Part shown: positions 26,452-40,641 of the stretch, in pieces | How positions within the stretch are numbered: the first letter of the stretch is position 1 | Layout of the letters: every line of letters begins with the position of its first letter | Origin: Eledone cirrhosa | Taxonomy: Eukaryota | DNA length: 64,000 bases | Direction: 5' to 3' | Assembly: GCA_964016885.1 (NCBI GenBank) | Contig: OZ024742.1 | Span: 159,216,001-159,280,000, forward strand | The notes under the pieces: model-generated | Databases searched by the model: none | What the model was told of the DNA's origin: nothing | Seen by the model: the letters and a program-made list of their open reading frames with translations, nothing else | Program-made: the position numbers and the translations under genes

Positions 26452-26685
26452 ATCAATGATATTAATAAATGGAAACTATCTTTATGAAACCATATTTATT
26501 TTATTATATATATTTCAAGGGTACTGGTACCCTTGAAATATATATAATAAAATAAATATGGTTTCATAAAGATAGTTTCCATTTATTAATATCATTGATA
26601 TTATACTCCAGAAGAATACTGCAGAGTGCTTCGAATCTGTTATAAATAAATTTGTTGAATAACCAACAAATTAAATATCTCTTTG

Positions 26686-26690
<5 letters not shown>
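26452..26690. repeat. Fold-back fragment of pLTR family R, centred at ~26525
   Basis: tttcaagggtac-tg-gtacccttgaaa centre; arms match 21240-21300 and 60450-60510. Confidence 0.8.
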
Positions 26691-26727
<37 letters not shown>

Positions 26728-26734
<7 letters not shown>

Positions 26735-26747
26735 GAAATTGATTGAC

Positions 26748-26779
<32 letters not shown>

Positions 26780-26942
26780 AACATATGAAACAGTCACAGG
26801 GAATAATTTGTAAAGTGTCTAAGGGTATCTATATTTGAAGTTCTAGTTAAACTTTAACTAGTTACCTACCTACCTGTGTGTGCTTACACACTTTACAAAT
26901 TACTCCCTGTGATTGTTTCATGTTTATTTATATATATATATC

Positions 26943-26979
<37 letters not shown>

Positions 26980-27095
26980 CAATCAATTTCTAGTTGATAT
27001 AAAATGCTCGGATCTATTCATTGGAATCTTTGAGTATATTCTGCAGTGGATATGGCACATGTCTCTCTGACATGACACCCTTAATTTAATTTTGG

Positions 27096-27147
<52 letters not shown>

Positions 27148-27206
27148 GTGATTGTTTCATGTGTTTATTTTTGATATATATATATATGTGTCAAACAATT
27201 TCTAGT

Positions 27207-27244
<38 letters not shown>

Positions 27245-27997
27245 ACTAGAAATTGTTTGACATATATATATATATCAAAAATAAACACATGAAACAATCA
27301 CAGGGGATAATTTGTAAAGTGTCTAAGCACACACAGCTAGGTAACTAATTGAAGTTTAACTAGAACTTCAAATATAGATACCTTTTAAAATGATTAATCT
27401 TCCTTGTATATATTTCATTAAAGAAATATATTTCACCATTAATCCGTAAATCGCAGTAGTCAAATATCGAATTTTCAACAAGGGAGAAGATTTAACTATC
27501 TGTGTTTACACAGCAAATGCAAATCTGCGAATGATCCGTAGCACGTGTTGCATTTAAAAAAAAATACACACATCGTACCAGCGTCATCCCAGTGGCGTGA
27601 ATAGGATTATCGACAGCTAGAAATAGCAGCCGAGTCCTTTCAATTGAGTTAGCTCTACAATTAAGGGGCCGTATATATATCCAAAATTAAATTAAGGGTG
27701 TCATGTCCAAGAGACATGCGCCATGTCCACTGTAGAATAAGCTCAAAGATTCCAATGAATAGATCTGAGCATTTTATATCAACAAGAAATTGATTGACAC
27801 ATATATATATCTAAAATAAACACATGAAACAATCACAGGGGATAATTTGTAAAGTGTGTAAGCACACACAGCTAATTAATAGAACTTCAAATATAGATAC
27901 CTTTTAAAGCTGTGTGTGTGCTTACACACTTTACATATTATCCCCTGTGATTGTTTCATGTGTTTATTTTAGATATATGTGTCAATCAATTTCTAGT
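26728..27997. repeat. Family S: multiply inverted element including a ~1.2-mer of a ~537-bp unit
   Basis: caac(t/a)agaaattg.ttgaca at 27243 and 27780; inversions at ~26822, ~27225 (TA tract) and ~27908. Confidence 0.75.
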
Positions 27998-28015
27998 ATA
28001 TATATACACACACAC

Positions 28016-28053
<38 letters not shown>

Positions 28054-28058
<5 letters not shown>

Positions 28059-28480
28059 GGGTAAAATTCTTGAGATCCATGGACGAGTTCTCTCCAGCGG
28101 TCTCTGTCCCTCATTATCGCTGCCATGCCCTGCGTCTCCAAGAGACCAGTGTCTGACCTTAAGGCATCAACATATGTTAACCTCGGTATTCCTCTTCCAG
28201 TGTGTCCATGCAGGGGATCCCACAGGAGCACTGAGTGCAGCGTCAACTCTGGATGTCGGTGAGCATGTCCAGCTAACCTCAGTCTCCTCTGTGTCACTTT
28301 TGAGCTGACTTTTGGGAGGCTCCCGTACGGCTCTGAGCTCTTCATGCTCAGTGTATACTGATTAATGTTCAGAGTCATCCTCAGCATTCTCGTGTAGCAC
28401 CCATCCACCATCTGAGTGAGTTTCTTGGTCAGTGCCCAAGTCAAGACCCGTACAGCAGCACTGCCTCCACTACAGCAACG
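28054..28480 (-). mobile_element. RTE-like LINE 3' fragment, same family as 7878
   Basis: TWALTKKLTQMVDGCYTRMLR...RRLRLAGHAHRH...WRELVHGS; ends in (TA)n. Confidence 0.85.
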
Positions 28481-28574
28481 TTATATATATATATAACCAG
28501 GCTGTCGCAGCCAATAGAGCCCTCTCAAAGGAAGCATTAATAATTATTAATGCTTTCGTATCATCAGATACTTT

Positions 28575-29175
28575 CGTATCATCAACATAGCTAATGAGAC
28601 CCCCCAGAGAACTGTTTTGGAGTCACTGTTATTTGTAATGGCTATCTCAGACATACCTTCAGTTATACAGGCAGCCACTCTCATTAGCTATGCTGATGAT
28701 ACGAATGTAACACAGACGATAAAAAATCCTGTTGATGCTACTCTCCTACAAGTTTTAGATGCAATATACAAATGTGTCGAAGAAAATATGTAATTATATG
28801 CTGGAAAAGTTCATGCCTCCGCCCATCAGCCCTTTTACACGCTGAAACAGGGATATTCTGTAGCAGGAGGGATTGTAATACCAGAATCAAAATCAATGCG
28901 TGATCAATGGACTGATATGAACAATGATGTGTCGTTTCATGCGTATATCACCGTGATGGCAGCAAATGTGCAGACGGCTGGCTCAATTGATTCTTAGATC
29001 ATTCAGAACAAAAGACCATGAAACCGTGTTGACTCTGTGGAGGACATTAGTCCTCAGCCGTCTGGAGTATTGCTCTCAACTGTGGTCAACCTATAATGTT
29101 AAATTAACAATGCTACACCAAAAAGATTGCCTCAATGAAAGGGATGAGCTACTGGGAGAGACTGACAGAATTGAG
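28575..29175 (+). mobile_element. Decayed CR1/L2-group RT fragment
   Basis: PQRTVLESLLF, ISYADDT, ILRSFRTKD..VLSRLEYCSQLWS. Confidence 0.75.
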
Positions 29176-29631
29176 GCTACTCTCTGGAGCGAAGAGATAG
29201 TTTCCTCATCAAATTCATCACAAATGTCAGTCTCTAATTCATCATCGTCATCCTTAATTCCGTCACCGTCTGTCTCAATCTCATTATCATCAATCCCAAT
29301 TTCGTCATCGTCAATCCCAATTTCGTCTTGAAATTTCATAGTTAATGTAGAAGGTAGCGAATTTTTGTTATCATGAGTGAGGCATTGGCATCAGTGATTA
29401 CTTATCGTAGAATTGTAAAAAAAAATGTAAACATTTAAACGTTTTACAAAGGATTACATGTTTTGTATTAAAAAATTGTCGTATTCTACATACATCTATG
29501 TAACGATAACTTCAGTTTAACCTGTCATTCATTAGTCACATTTATTAACTATCTTAATACATTCCTATAAAAAACCCCGCATAATCGTCTTTGGAAAACA
29601 TTGGCACCTTAAGGTTAATCAAATTACGGTA

Positions 29632-29973
29632 TACTCTCGGGTCTCGAATAATCCGCCCCCCCCCCCCCCAACCCCACCCCCGCTTAAAATGTTTCAGATT
29701 GTGTCCCCCCCCCCCATACACACACCTATTAAATGTTGCTTATCTATTATCTATCTCCGGCGAAATTTTTCTTTATACATTAAAAAACATTATACATGAC
29801 AAAAAAGTACATTACTAGAAATCCCATACGTTATGAAATAAATAGTATGGGTTGAGGGTCTCAATATATAAACTAAACGGCTAATTCTGGTTTTTAAGTA
29901 GAAAAATTACTGATTTTCCAACCCTCCCCCATCCTTATTCCAAACATCCTCTATTATTTGAGACTTGAGAGTA
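29632..29973. mobile_element. MITE with TIR tactctcgggtctc.aataat
   Basis: Matching right end attatttgagacttgagagta; related copies at 38121-38505, 40680-40804 and 42490-42545. Confidence 0.7.
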
Positions 29974-31215
29974 TGTAAATACATAGATAAACATCGGACT
30001 GTCTTTGTTTACCGAATATGATTTTGCCGGAATTTTTAGGAATGTCTTAAGAGATTTAAGAAATGTGAATAATGAATAAAAGGTTAAACTGATGTTATTC
30101 GATATTGTTTCTATTGTGATGTGTATAGCATTGTCTGTAGTTTTACATAAAATGTAGCCATATTTACGGTCATGTAAGGCGCGACAATTTCTTTATATAA
30201 AACACGTACAATTCTGCCACACTCTTTATAATAAAAACATTGTTATTGTCGTCTTATATATTTGTGTGTGTGTGTATGTTATAGCATCTCCTTGCATGAA
30301 CACGTCTCTTTTTATATTAACTTTATCCTCTCAGCACTTCGTAATCGGTTACGTGTATGTTTGTTTACATTTAAAAGGTGTAATTCAGCTACCTAATTTA
30401 AGACGGTAAGAGTTGTCACGGTTCCTTAGCTTAATGTTTCCAAGTGCCAAGCCGGTATCTGGGAAATACAAGGTTCGAGTCCCCGTAGCGGTCGATGGCA
30501 AATTTATCCGGTTTTTAAGGTTTTACACACACAAACACATATATTTACCTTATTAGGTTGTTTCCGAAAATTATGTTTGTATGTATGGATTTGTAACTCC
30601 GAGTAGAGTCGTAGAGACGCCGTAGAGGTATTTTAAACCTAGCAGAGCCCATCCCTTCACCAAGTCTGGACACAGCCGATTTCTCCCAGAGAAGGAGAGA
30701 AAGTGAGTGAGAAAGATGTATAGAGAAAGAATTGACCCCAGTAATGGACTGGTACTTTTTTCTTGACCTCGAAATGATAAAAGGCAAATTTGACAGCGGC
30801 GGAATTTGAACCCAGGGTGTAGAGAACCGGAACGAAAACTGCAAAGCGTTTCTATGCAACGTTCTAACGGCTATACCAATACGCCACCGCTTCCGACAAT
30901 TAGAAGTTATGAAAAATAGAATTAAAAGATTTAAAAAATGTAAACGAAAACAAATTATATATATATTTGATTGAATTTTATGTCAACTATAATTTACAAA
31001 CAAAAGTTATACAATGATGAAAATATTCTAAAAAAAGATAAAAACAAAAATTAAATAACGAACAAAAAGGGGGAAGGGAAAAGAAGGGCAGTTCTAGCTG
31101 TATAGGAAAGTAAAGTAAAGGACTATAAATGCCATAAATGAGAAAAAAAAGGAGGAGGAGAGCATGGACTATTAGGCAACAAAAGAAAGAGAGGAGGAAG
31201 GGAAGGTGATAGACT

Positions 31216-31530
31216 CTAGGTCGGGGCGGCGTTTCGGCTGCGCTCCACGGACAAAACTGCAAAGGCATTTCCGCAGACAAAGGCCAGCGACACCTGCTGC
31301 AACAGCCACCCCACCTTGCGGTGCTCCTTTCTCAGATGGGCTGCTGGCATTCCGATTTTACGGAGGAGCTTGGCTGTACGGGGTCCGAGGACGCCTGAGG
31401 TCTCTACAGCGACCGATGTAATGAGGGAGGGACTGGACAAACCCTGGTATTTGCTTGTCTTCCTGTCCTTTGCATTGCGCGCCGCAGTACCGGGGTTAGT
31501 GGCCGAAACAACTCTGTGAATGTGTCACAG
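31216..31530 (-). mobile_element. CRE-clade 3' (endonuclease) fragment
   Basis: VAVETSGVLGPRT...WLLQQVSLAFVCGNAFAVLS, homologous to 12114-12512. Confidence 0.75.
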
Positions 31531-31544
31531 CTTGGTTCATTGAC

Positions 31545-32145
31545 TTATCTGTTAGTCGGTTGATTAGTTGGCTTGTCTCTCGGCTGGTTTATTTGTCTGT
31601 GGGTCCGTTGGTCCAGCTCTCTGTTAGTCTGTCTGTTGGTCTGTGGATGTTTGTCTGTTTATCTGCGGGACTGTCTACTGGCCTGTTTGTCTGTGGGTCC
31701 GTTGGTCTATCTCTCTGCTAGTCTGTCTGTCTGTTTGTCTGTTGGTCTATGGATCTATTTGTTTATTTACGGGACTGTCTACTGGTCTGTTTGTCTGGGG
31801 GTCTGTTGATCCATCTCTCTGCTAGTCTGTCTGTCTGTCTGTTGGTCTATGGATCTGTCTGTTTATCTACGGGACTGTCTACTGGTCTGTTTGTCTGTGG
31901 GTCCGTTGGTCTATCTCTCTGCTATTCTGTCTGTCTGTCTGTTGGTCTATGGATCTGCTTGTTTATTTACGGATCTGTCTACTGGTCTGTTTGTCGGCTG
32001 GTATGTTTGTCTGGGGGTCCGTTGGTCTATTTCTCTACTAGTCTGTCTGTTGGTCTCTGGGTCTGTTTGTCAACTGGTCTGTTTGTGGGCTGGTCTGTTT
32101 TGTTAGTCTGTCTGTTGGACTGTTGATTTTGTCTGCTGTCTGGTT
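31545..32145. repeat. Degenerate GTCT-rich minisatellite (~90-95-bp units)
   Basis: Recurrent gggactgtctactggtctgtttgtctg.gggtccgttggtctatctctctgct. Confidence 0.8.
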
Positions 32146-32571
32146 GTGTGAAATTATATGAATGATATGAAATGAACAAAATGTAATGAATGAAATAAAA
32201 TAAACTAAACTGAATGAATACATAACAGAATGTTGAACAAAAGAAACATTCAATCTTTTTTATTGCGTGTGATCAGGTTGTTACCCATACTGCTGTTGCT
32301 GTAGTAGTAGTTGTTGGTGGTAGCGGGGTGGTGGTGACGGTGGGGGCGCCAGTAATAATGAATGAGGTGATAGTAATGTTGCTGCTACTGGTTGTGTGTG
32401 TATATAAACATGAACCCTGGAATTTATTATATATATATATAGATATATAAAATTTCGATCGCGGCGTCAAGCGTTTTCGGCACCGCTTGGCCCGCGGTCG
32501 GGATTTTACATATCTCTGTACCCACTTTACATCTCTCCATGCATTGAGTACTTCCATGTCTCAGGCCCGCA

Positions 32572-32637
<66 letters not shown>

Positions 32638-32656
32638 ATATTGTTTTTATCATTTA

Positions 32657-33566
32657 CTAGCAGTAAAACCCGGCGTTGCTCGGGGTCGCTCAGTAGCTGT
32701 GTTAAAGTTACAATGTTAAGTTTCTTTTTTTGGCTTAAAAACTGTAGTGTCTACTGTGCAGACTTGCATGTGGTGTTTTTGATTAATATTCCCTCAACCA
32801 ACAATATGCCTTATGAAGTTAAGAAAACATAACGATAACCCGAATGTTATAACAAAAGAGGATGCTGGGGATAGAAACTGCACTGGTTATTTATTAACAA
32901 AGATCGAAAATGTAAACACTGCAACGCAGAGAAAAACATTAGCGTAACCAAATTATCAGTTATGTCTGTCTGCACGCCTATATCACCTCTCTGCACGACT
33001 GTCTGTCTGCACGCCTATATCACCTCTCTGCACGACTGTCTGTCTGCACGCCTATATCACCTCTCTGCACGACTGTCTGTCTGCACGCCTATATCACCTC
33101 TCTGCACGACTGTCTGTCTGCACGCCTATATCACCTCTCTGCACGACTGTCTGTCTGCACGACTGTCTGTCTGCACGCCTAACGACGAAATATTTGCTTG
33201 TTTTACGTAGTCTTTAAATAGACTTGTTTTCAAGTAAAAATATTGTTTTAAAATGCTTTTAAATGGAAATGAAGCAAAACGGAGTCATTTTAAACGCTGA
33301 GAAAGCCAGCGTAATTTTTTACGTAAGACGCTCAATGTAAACAGAACAAAGGGAAATAACTGATAACTTACGCTCAAAAATCGATACATTATATTCGATT
33401 TCGTCACATAGGGTGGGTCAATTTGAAATATTTTGTTTCCGATGTCTTCGCTAGGGCTCAATGTACAAGTATAGCAATTTCGGTGCAATTCCGTGAGAGA
33501 TTCTAAGAGGAGATGTGTGCCAAAAATCGATAGACAGACAGACAACCACAGTTTTATATATATAGA
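32657..33566 (-). mobile_element. Non-autonomous Helitron with an internal 37-bp minisatellite (32963-33180, five full copies plus partials)
   Basis: Minus strand 5' A|TCTATATATATAAAA; 3' hairpin cccgagcaacgccggg then CTAG|T. Confidence 0.85.
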
Positions 33567-33763
33567 TTTTGTTTGACCTGTTTAGCTTGATTTGTTTTTT
33601 GGCTTAGGTGGTTAATGCCATCTTGACCACTTTTTCAGTTTGTATGGCGTTTTAACATATTGTTTAGCTCTAGTTTTCTTAACTATTGGAGCGCTTGCCA
33701 GCATATCTAAGATTTTGTGTTTCGTTTCGCTTTTTCTACCAGCCGAAATACGATTCTCGCTGA

Positions 33764-33835
<72 letters not shown>

Positions 33836-34229
33836 TATATAGTAATAATAATTATGAAGACTAAAATTTGAAGAAGGCTCGATAAGATTCAGAAGATCCC
33901 ATAAAAGGGTGAAAGCAGTGATTCTTTGCTTAAACTTTAATCTGTACAAATAATAAGTATATATGTAATAAATATATATTCTTTACCAAATGCGAGAAAG
34001 CTAAATGTATTGATTGATTATGGTAAAAATTCAGAGCATAGTAATTTTAATTCAAGTGACAAACTTGATACTTCAAATCCTTTCATTAACACCCACACCC
34101 GTTTCACATTTAATGTAATCAGGTACCACTAAAATATTTTCAGGACATCAATGTAATATCTGGGTATGCAAGTCCCAAAGAAAAACAAGAAGTCATGTCT
34201 TAATAAAGTATAGATATTTTCGGGGAAGG

Positions 34230-34405
34230 CGAAAGTCGATTAAATCTACCCCAGTGCATTACTGGTCTTTTATTTTATCTACACCGTAAGGATGAAAGGC
34301 AAAGCTAGCCTCGGCAGGATTTGAACTCAGAACGTAAAGGACCATAACTCTATTCTACAAAGCATGGTGTCTGACGCTCTACCGATATTGCCAATCCACC
34401 ACCCT
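34230..34405 (-). mobile_element. tRNA-derived SINE
   Basis: Same family as 16606-16792. Confidence 0.8.
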
Positions 34406-34571
34406 AATAAATAAAGTATAGATAGTGAACATTTTTTTTTACCCCACAGAGAGGCATATGCAAAGTAGTTGATTAGTTTGGCAAAATAAAGCGTGAGTTT
34501 TTTAAGCAGCATACGATTAGTTATAATGGCTCAATGTAAAGCAATGTTATAGTATAATTTATATACGTATA

Positions 34572-34755
34572 AGGGCGGTGGATTGGCAGTATCGGTAGAG
34601 CGCCGGACGCCGTGCTTTTTACGGTCTAAGTTCAAATTTCGCTGAGGTTAACTTTGCCTTGGTCGATAAAATAAAGTACCAGTAACGTACTGGGGTAGAT
34701 TTAATCGACTCTCCGCTCGCCCCAAATTACTGGCCTTGTGCCTATACTAGAAATC
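34572..34755 (+). mobile_element. tRNA-derived SINE
   Basis: gggcggtggattggcagtatcggtagag...aagttcaaat; flanked by direct repeat ataatttatatacgtata. Confidence 0.8.
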
Positions 34756-35596
34756 ATAATTTATATACGTATATAAAAAAAAAAAATAAATGCCTTTTCT
34801 GGTTACGAAAGTTTTCTGTGGGTCATTATAATTTAAAATGAATTCGAAACAATAATGATCCAGAGAAGACAGCCGATGAACGGGAATTGTCCTAGTGTTG
34901 TGTCTTCCGAATTATATTTATATGATCATACATATGTGTATGTGTGAAAGGTCAACAGAAATTGAAGGAATATATTAGTTTAACGCTTCAAATAGCAGGA
35001 TTAATATATTAGTTATAATGACCCAAAGTAATGCAAAGTGATAGTGTGTATATAAAGAAAATTACATACATTTTAAACTAACTAATGTTTTCATTTTACG
35101 GAGAAAAACGTAACGCTTGTTTTCTTTAAAAAAATAGTTTTTCATTATACATACATATTACATATGTTATTCACCGTAAAATGAAAACAGTAGAAAGTAA
35201 AAAATGTATTTATTTTTTATATATAAACTATACTATACCTTTATTACTTCGAATTATATATATATATATACAAATAAAGATTCAGCGAGAATCGCATTTT
35301 CGGCGGGCAGGAAAAGCGAAGCGAAACGCAAAAATCAGAAATTATATGTATATATATTATAAAAAGGAAAAGAATGACTTCACTTGTAGTTCTAAACAAT
35401 TTAATTTAATTTTATTATATTATAATTTTGAATTTGGTTTTTTAGATCTAGTAAGTTCTTTGTTAACTTCGATGGGGAGATTTTTAAAGATTCCTGGTTA
35501 ACTTTACTGGAATACTTTCTCGCATTCATCGGTGGCGATTGTCAAACTGTTCTCAAGTTGTGTTGTGATGTGTGACTGTCTATCCCTCTCCCCCCC

Positions 35597-35709
<113 letters not shown>

Positions 35710-36104
35710 TAAAGTGGTCCTTCATCAGTCATCTTCCAACCATCATCGGTATTTCTTCGCTTTAAAGACCATATACCTCCGGTTGGTGCGAGCAGCGGCT
35801 AAAAAAAAGTCGTTGGGACACGTAAATAAAGGGAACAGCGAGAGTATAAACAAACAAAGATGGTGAAGCAACGAAAAGTGAGGGAGAACGAGTCAAGCCC
35901 AAAATTTCCATGAATATAAGTTCGGTGAAATCGTGAACGAGAGAGAATAAAGACCATCAAACCTGGTTGAAATGTGAGCAAGGAAGGAATTCTGTACAGG
36001 TCTAACGGGAGGAAGAAGGAATCTAGTCTGTGAATTCGGTGAACATAAGTTCTGTGAAATCGTAGACGAGAGAGAGAAAAAAGGCGAACCAGCCTATATA
36101 TATA

Positions 36105-37567
36105 GGCATACCTGACTTTTAACGGTCTGAAGAATGAAAGTAAATTTATTTTCATTTTCAACGTCATGAAAATGAAACTACATTTATTGTCATTAATTAT
36201 TTTCATTTTCGATTGTAAATGTTGTTGTTGATACTGTCCGTTCTGTTATGGCTTGATTCAAGCCATAACAGAACGGACTGGGGTCATAAAAAGGGCAGAG
36301 AATGAGAACGGATTGGGGTCAGAAGGGCAGAGAATAGTCTGTTTTTAAAACAAAGCACCAGAGGGCACGATTTTACTACAATCTCATATCAAATATGTCT
36401 GGACGAGTATATGGTCGCAGTACCTTAGCTGATGATATTTTCGATACAAATGATATCCTTAATCATAATGAAACAATATATACACTAATACCTGCGATAC
36501 ACGGTGACACTGTGTTGGCGAGACGGCGTTTGTTGGCAAACAGTGTCAATTGTCCTGTTTGTAATGAGGCGTGCCGATTGCAACGATATTCTGAGGGTGT
36601 CGATAAATGGAGATGGCGATGCAACCGCGACAAATTCAGTCAATCGGTGCGACGGAATTCTTTTTTCGAACGAAGCCATGTGCGACTGGATCACATTATT
36701 GGTATTTTATACATGTAGTGCTATGATCAGGCACACGTACAGATCATTAGAGAAACGGGAGTCTCCGAACGGACAGTTATAGAACGGACAGTTATAGAGA
36801 AATTTGTGAGCAGTATTTGGAGGCAAATCCTCAAGAACTTGGAGGCTTCGATGATAATGGTGAGTCGATCATTGTAGAGATCGACGAATCGAAATACTTC
36901 CATAGAAAGTATCATCGTGGCCAGTGGAAGCAAGGCCACTGGGTCTTCGGCGCTGTTGAACGCCATTCTGAACGCTGCTGCCTTGTAGAAGTCCCAGATC
37001 ATAGCCGTGAGACTCTCGTCCCCATTATTCAGCAGTGGATTTTGCCAGGCAGCCGCATCATCTCGGATGGTTGGGCTTCCTATTCGGAAATTGAAGAAAT
37101 TGAAGGTGGTATTTACCTCCATGATGTTGTGGTGCACCAACGGAACTTTGTCGATCCTGCAGACCCTGATGTGCACACACAACTCATAGAGAACACGTGG
37201 AGCCGTGCGAAGAAGAAGCTTCGTCGCCAGCATGGGACCAGCAATACTTTATTCCCCTCATATCTAGCTGAATTTCTTTGGCGGCAGAGAGTTGGTGCCA
37301 ACAAGTTTGGCGAAATGCTAAACTGTATTGGAGCTATTTACAGGGTGTAGTAAAGATTTTAATAAGGTTGGTCAATTTAAATTTTATATGCAACAAACGT
37401 TTAAATATGTACTTTTTTTCAACACACAGAACGGACAGTATCAACAACAACATTTACAATCGAAAATGAAAATAATTAATGACAATAAATGTAGTTTCAT
37501 TTTCATGACGTTGGAAATGAAAATAAATTTACTTTCATTCTTCAGACCGTTAAAAGTCAGGTATGGC
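36105..37567 (+). mobile_element. Merlin (IS1595/ISXO2-like) DNA transposon with ~142-bp TIRs
   Basis: TIRs 36105-36246 and 37426-37567, left one starting GG; inserted in (TA)n. Confidence 0.92.
36395..37350 (+). pseudogene. Merlin transposase, interrupted by a stop at ~36716 and a 15-bp duplication at ~36767-36796
   Basis: CPVC...WRC zinc ribbon, SVRRNSFFE; catalytic motifs VEIDESKY, IISDGWASY, HTQLIENTW. Confidence 0.9.
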
Positions 37568-38774
37568 ATATATATATATATATATATATATGAAATCTCA
37601 CAAACTTCAAAATTGTAGGAATCTCAATCGCGGAAGAAGCTGCGAAAACAGTCAGCAGCTATTAAGAATAGCAAAAGTCGGGTTAAAATACAACCTCATG
37701 AGATCGGAAGAACGATCAGAGAAGGATGGAGATTTCAGTCATCCACATACCAGTAACTGGTGCAGGCTGGTTGTTATTTTTCTGGTAAGGTTGAGATATG
37801 GTTATGAAGTACCTGTTTGATATTTACTTTGTCGTTTGCGGTACGGGTCTGGTGAATGATGTGGAATGATGGTTGCTGGATTGCGTTTACTTCAATACCT
37901 GGATAGTATTGGATAGATTTATTTACGTTCAAATTAAAGCAATTGACGGTCTTAATTACGTATATATATATGTTACACCTTGATACCTTGTGGACTGAGT
38001 TCTCTGTTGACAGGCCTCTGACAGAAACGGTCCTTCGGTAGGATTGTCTGTCATTACATTTGTTTGAGTTTGTGGATAACATTGGATCTCACGTTAAGGC
38101 ATTTAACGGTCATAGTTACCTATCCTCGGGTCTCAAATAATCGTCCGGCCCCTCGTTTTAATTTTTTTCAGATTTTTTTCTTACCCCCTCCCCTGCTCTT
38201 ATTCCAACCACCCGCCCGCTTATTAAATTCTGCTATTCTATTTCAGCGAAATTTTATTTTAAGTGGTAGTATTCCTGCGACAATTAATTTTTCTTAAGAC
38301 ATTAAAAAACATTATATATGAAAAAAAATTACATTACTGGAAACCTCATACGTTATAAAATAAATAGGATTGGTTGGGGTCTCAATAGGTAAACTAATCG
38401 ACTGTTTCTGGCTTTTAAAAAAATCTACGGAGACAACCTAGATAAATTATCGATTTTCATACCACTACGCTTATTCCACCCTCTTATTATTTGGGACCGA
38501 TAGTATGTATGTATGTAACTATTCTAAAAATTCATTAAAAAATCATAGACATTGTCATGCACTAGGAATATTGTAATGAAATGGATAACGATGAAGAATT
38601 TCCCCTAATAATCCCAAACGTCCAACGAAGCTATTTATCGTTCATAAATGCGAATAAATTGAATATAAATTACATTCGATAATGAAGTTGATGATCTTTC
38701 AGCATAGGTCTGTTCGATCATTATTGACCTTGGGCTAAATAGCATAATACGAAAAAAAATCAAGCGTACACACA

Positions 38775-38871
<97 letters not shown>

Positions 38872-38937
38872 GGTATATCTTTATGACAGAGCAACCGCAT
38901 AAAGGAACCCTCTTGGCTTTTTTCATATAATGCTATG

Positions 38938-39026
<89 letters not shown>

Positions 39027-39029
39027 CTC

Positions 39030-39285
39030 AAGCCAGGAGGCCCCTCAGGCCGGTGCTTATCCCGGTTTCGAGGCGTGAAGCGACTGTGAGTACATGACTC
39101 CTCTGGACAGGACACCAGTCCATCGCAAGATTAAAACCCCCACCTATTGCTGGTACACATTTTCAGCTCAATATAATGGAACAACGTGAAATGGAGTGTT
39201 TTGCTCAAGAACACATCTGACAACCCAGCCCAGGAATCTAACACACGACATTACCGTCGTAATTCCAACAGCCTTAACACTAGTC
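39030..39285 (-). mobile_element. Second SINE family
   Basis: Minus strand gtgttcttgagcaaaacac after a B-box-like segment; core gcgatggactggtgtcctgtccagaggag...gaaaccgggataagcaccggcctgaggggcc; partial relative at ~48020-48120. Confidence 0.65.
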
Positions 39286-39307
39286 CATGTATATGTGTGT
39301 ATATAAT

Positions 39308-39385
<78 letters not shown>

Positions 39386-39471
39386 CGTAGGAGCGTGTAT
39401 ATATATATGCATATATATATATATATGTATATAAACACACATACATGTATACATATATACATGTTTGTGTG

Positions 39472-39502
<31 letters not shown>

Positions 39503-39694
39503 ATGCGTGTGTGTGTATCCATGTCAGTGTTTACATTTACTCTGTGTACTTAACCCGTAACTTAGCAATTTGAAAAAATTGGGATCGATAAAATATGCAC
39601 CAGCCTTTAAAAAAATAGTATTTGGGTCGATATGATCTCCTGATCCTCTAAATGTGGTGCCCTAGCATGGTCTCAGTCTAATGACTGAAGCCCG

Positions 39695-39798
<104 letters not shown>

Positions 39799-39945
39799 CA
39801 TCTTGAGGAGATTAGTCGATCGTATCGACCCCAGAACTATTTTATTTTTTAAAGTCTTGTACATAGTTTATCGATCACAATTGTTTTCAGATTGCTAAGT
39901 TACAGGAGACATACAAAGAGTTAATGTAAACACTGACATGGAAAC

Positions 39946-39993
<48 letters not shown>

Positions 39994-39996
39994 ATT

Positions 39997-40032
<36 letters not shown>

Positions 40033-40070
40033 CCTATATATATATGTATATATATATATGTATATGTATG

Positions 40071-40138
<68 letters not shown>

Positions 40139-40457
40139 CATACATACATACATACATGCATATATATATATATATATATACCTATATATATATGTGTATA
40201 TGTATATATATATATATGTATATGTATGTATATACATATATATATATATATATAATATAAGATCAAAAGATGGTTAAAGGAGTTCCATGTATTTTATTAT
40301 GCGCATTTCAAAAACAAACATCATCATGCAATAATATTTGTGTTTTCATCAGATAAAACAGGAGAACATGATATGAAGGCTAAAAAACACTTGTGGATAG
40401 TGCAGTTTTAAATCAACATATGCATTGCTTTATTGTACTACAATAAAACTCACCTCC

Positions 40458-40548
<91 letters not shown>

Positions 40549-40573
40549 ACATATATATACATACATACATACA

Positions 40574-40641
<68 letters not shown>

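Noticed and set aside
29091-29339. Acidic DDDEIG ORF as a host exon
   Set aside because: Short, low complexity, overlaps the CR1 remnant, no recognisable domain.
30421-30495. tRNA gene (A/B-box-like tagcttaatg, ggttcgagtcc)
   Set aside because: No clean cloverleaf; more likely a decayed SINE head.
32963-33180. 37-bp repeats as a CRISPR array
   Set aside because: No spacers, eukaryotic context, inside a Helitron.
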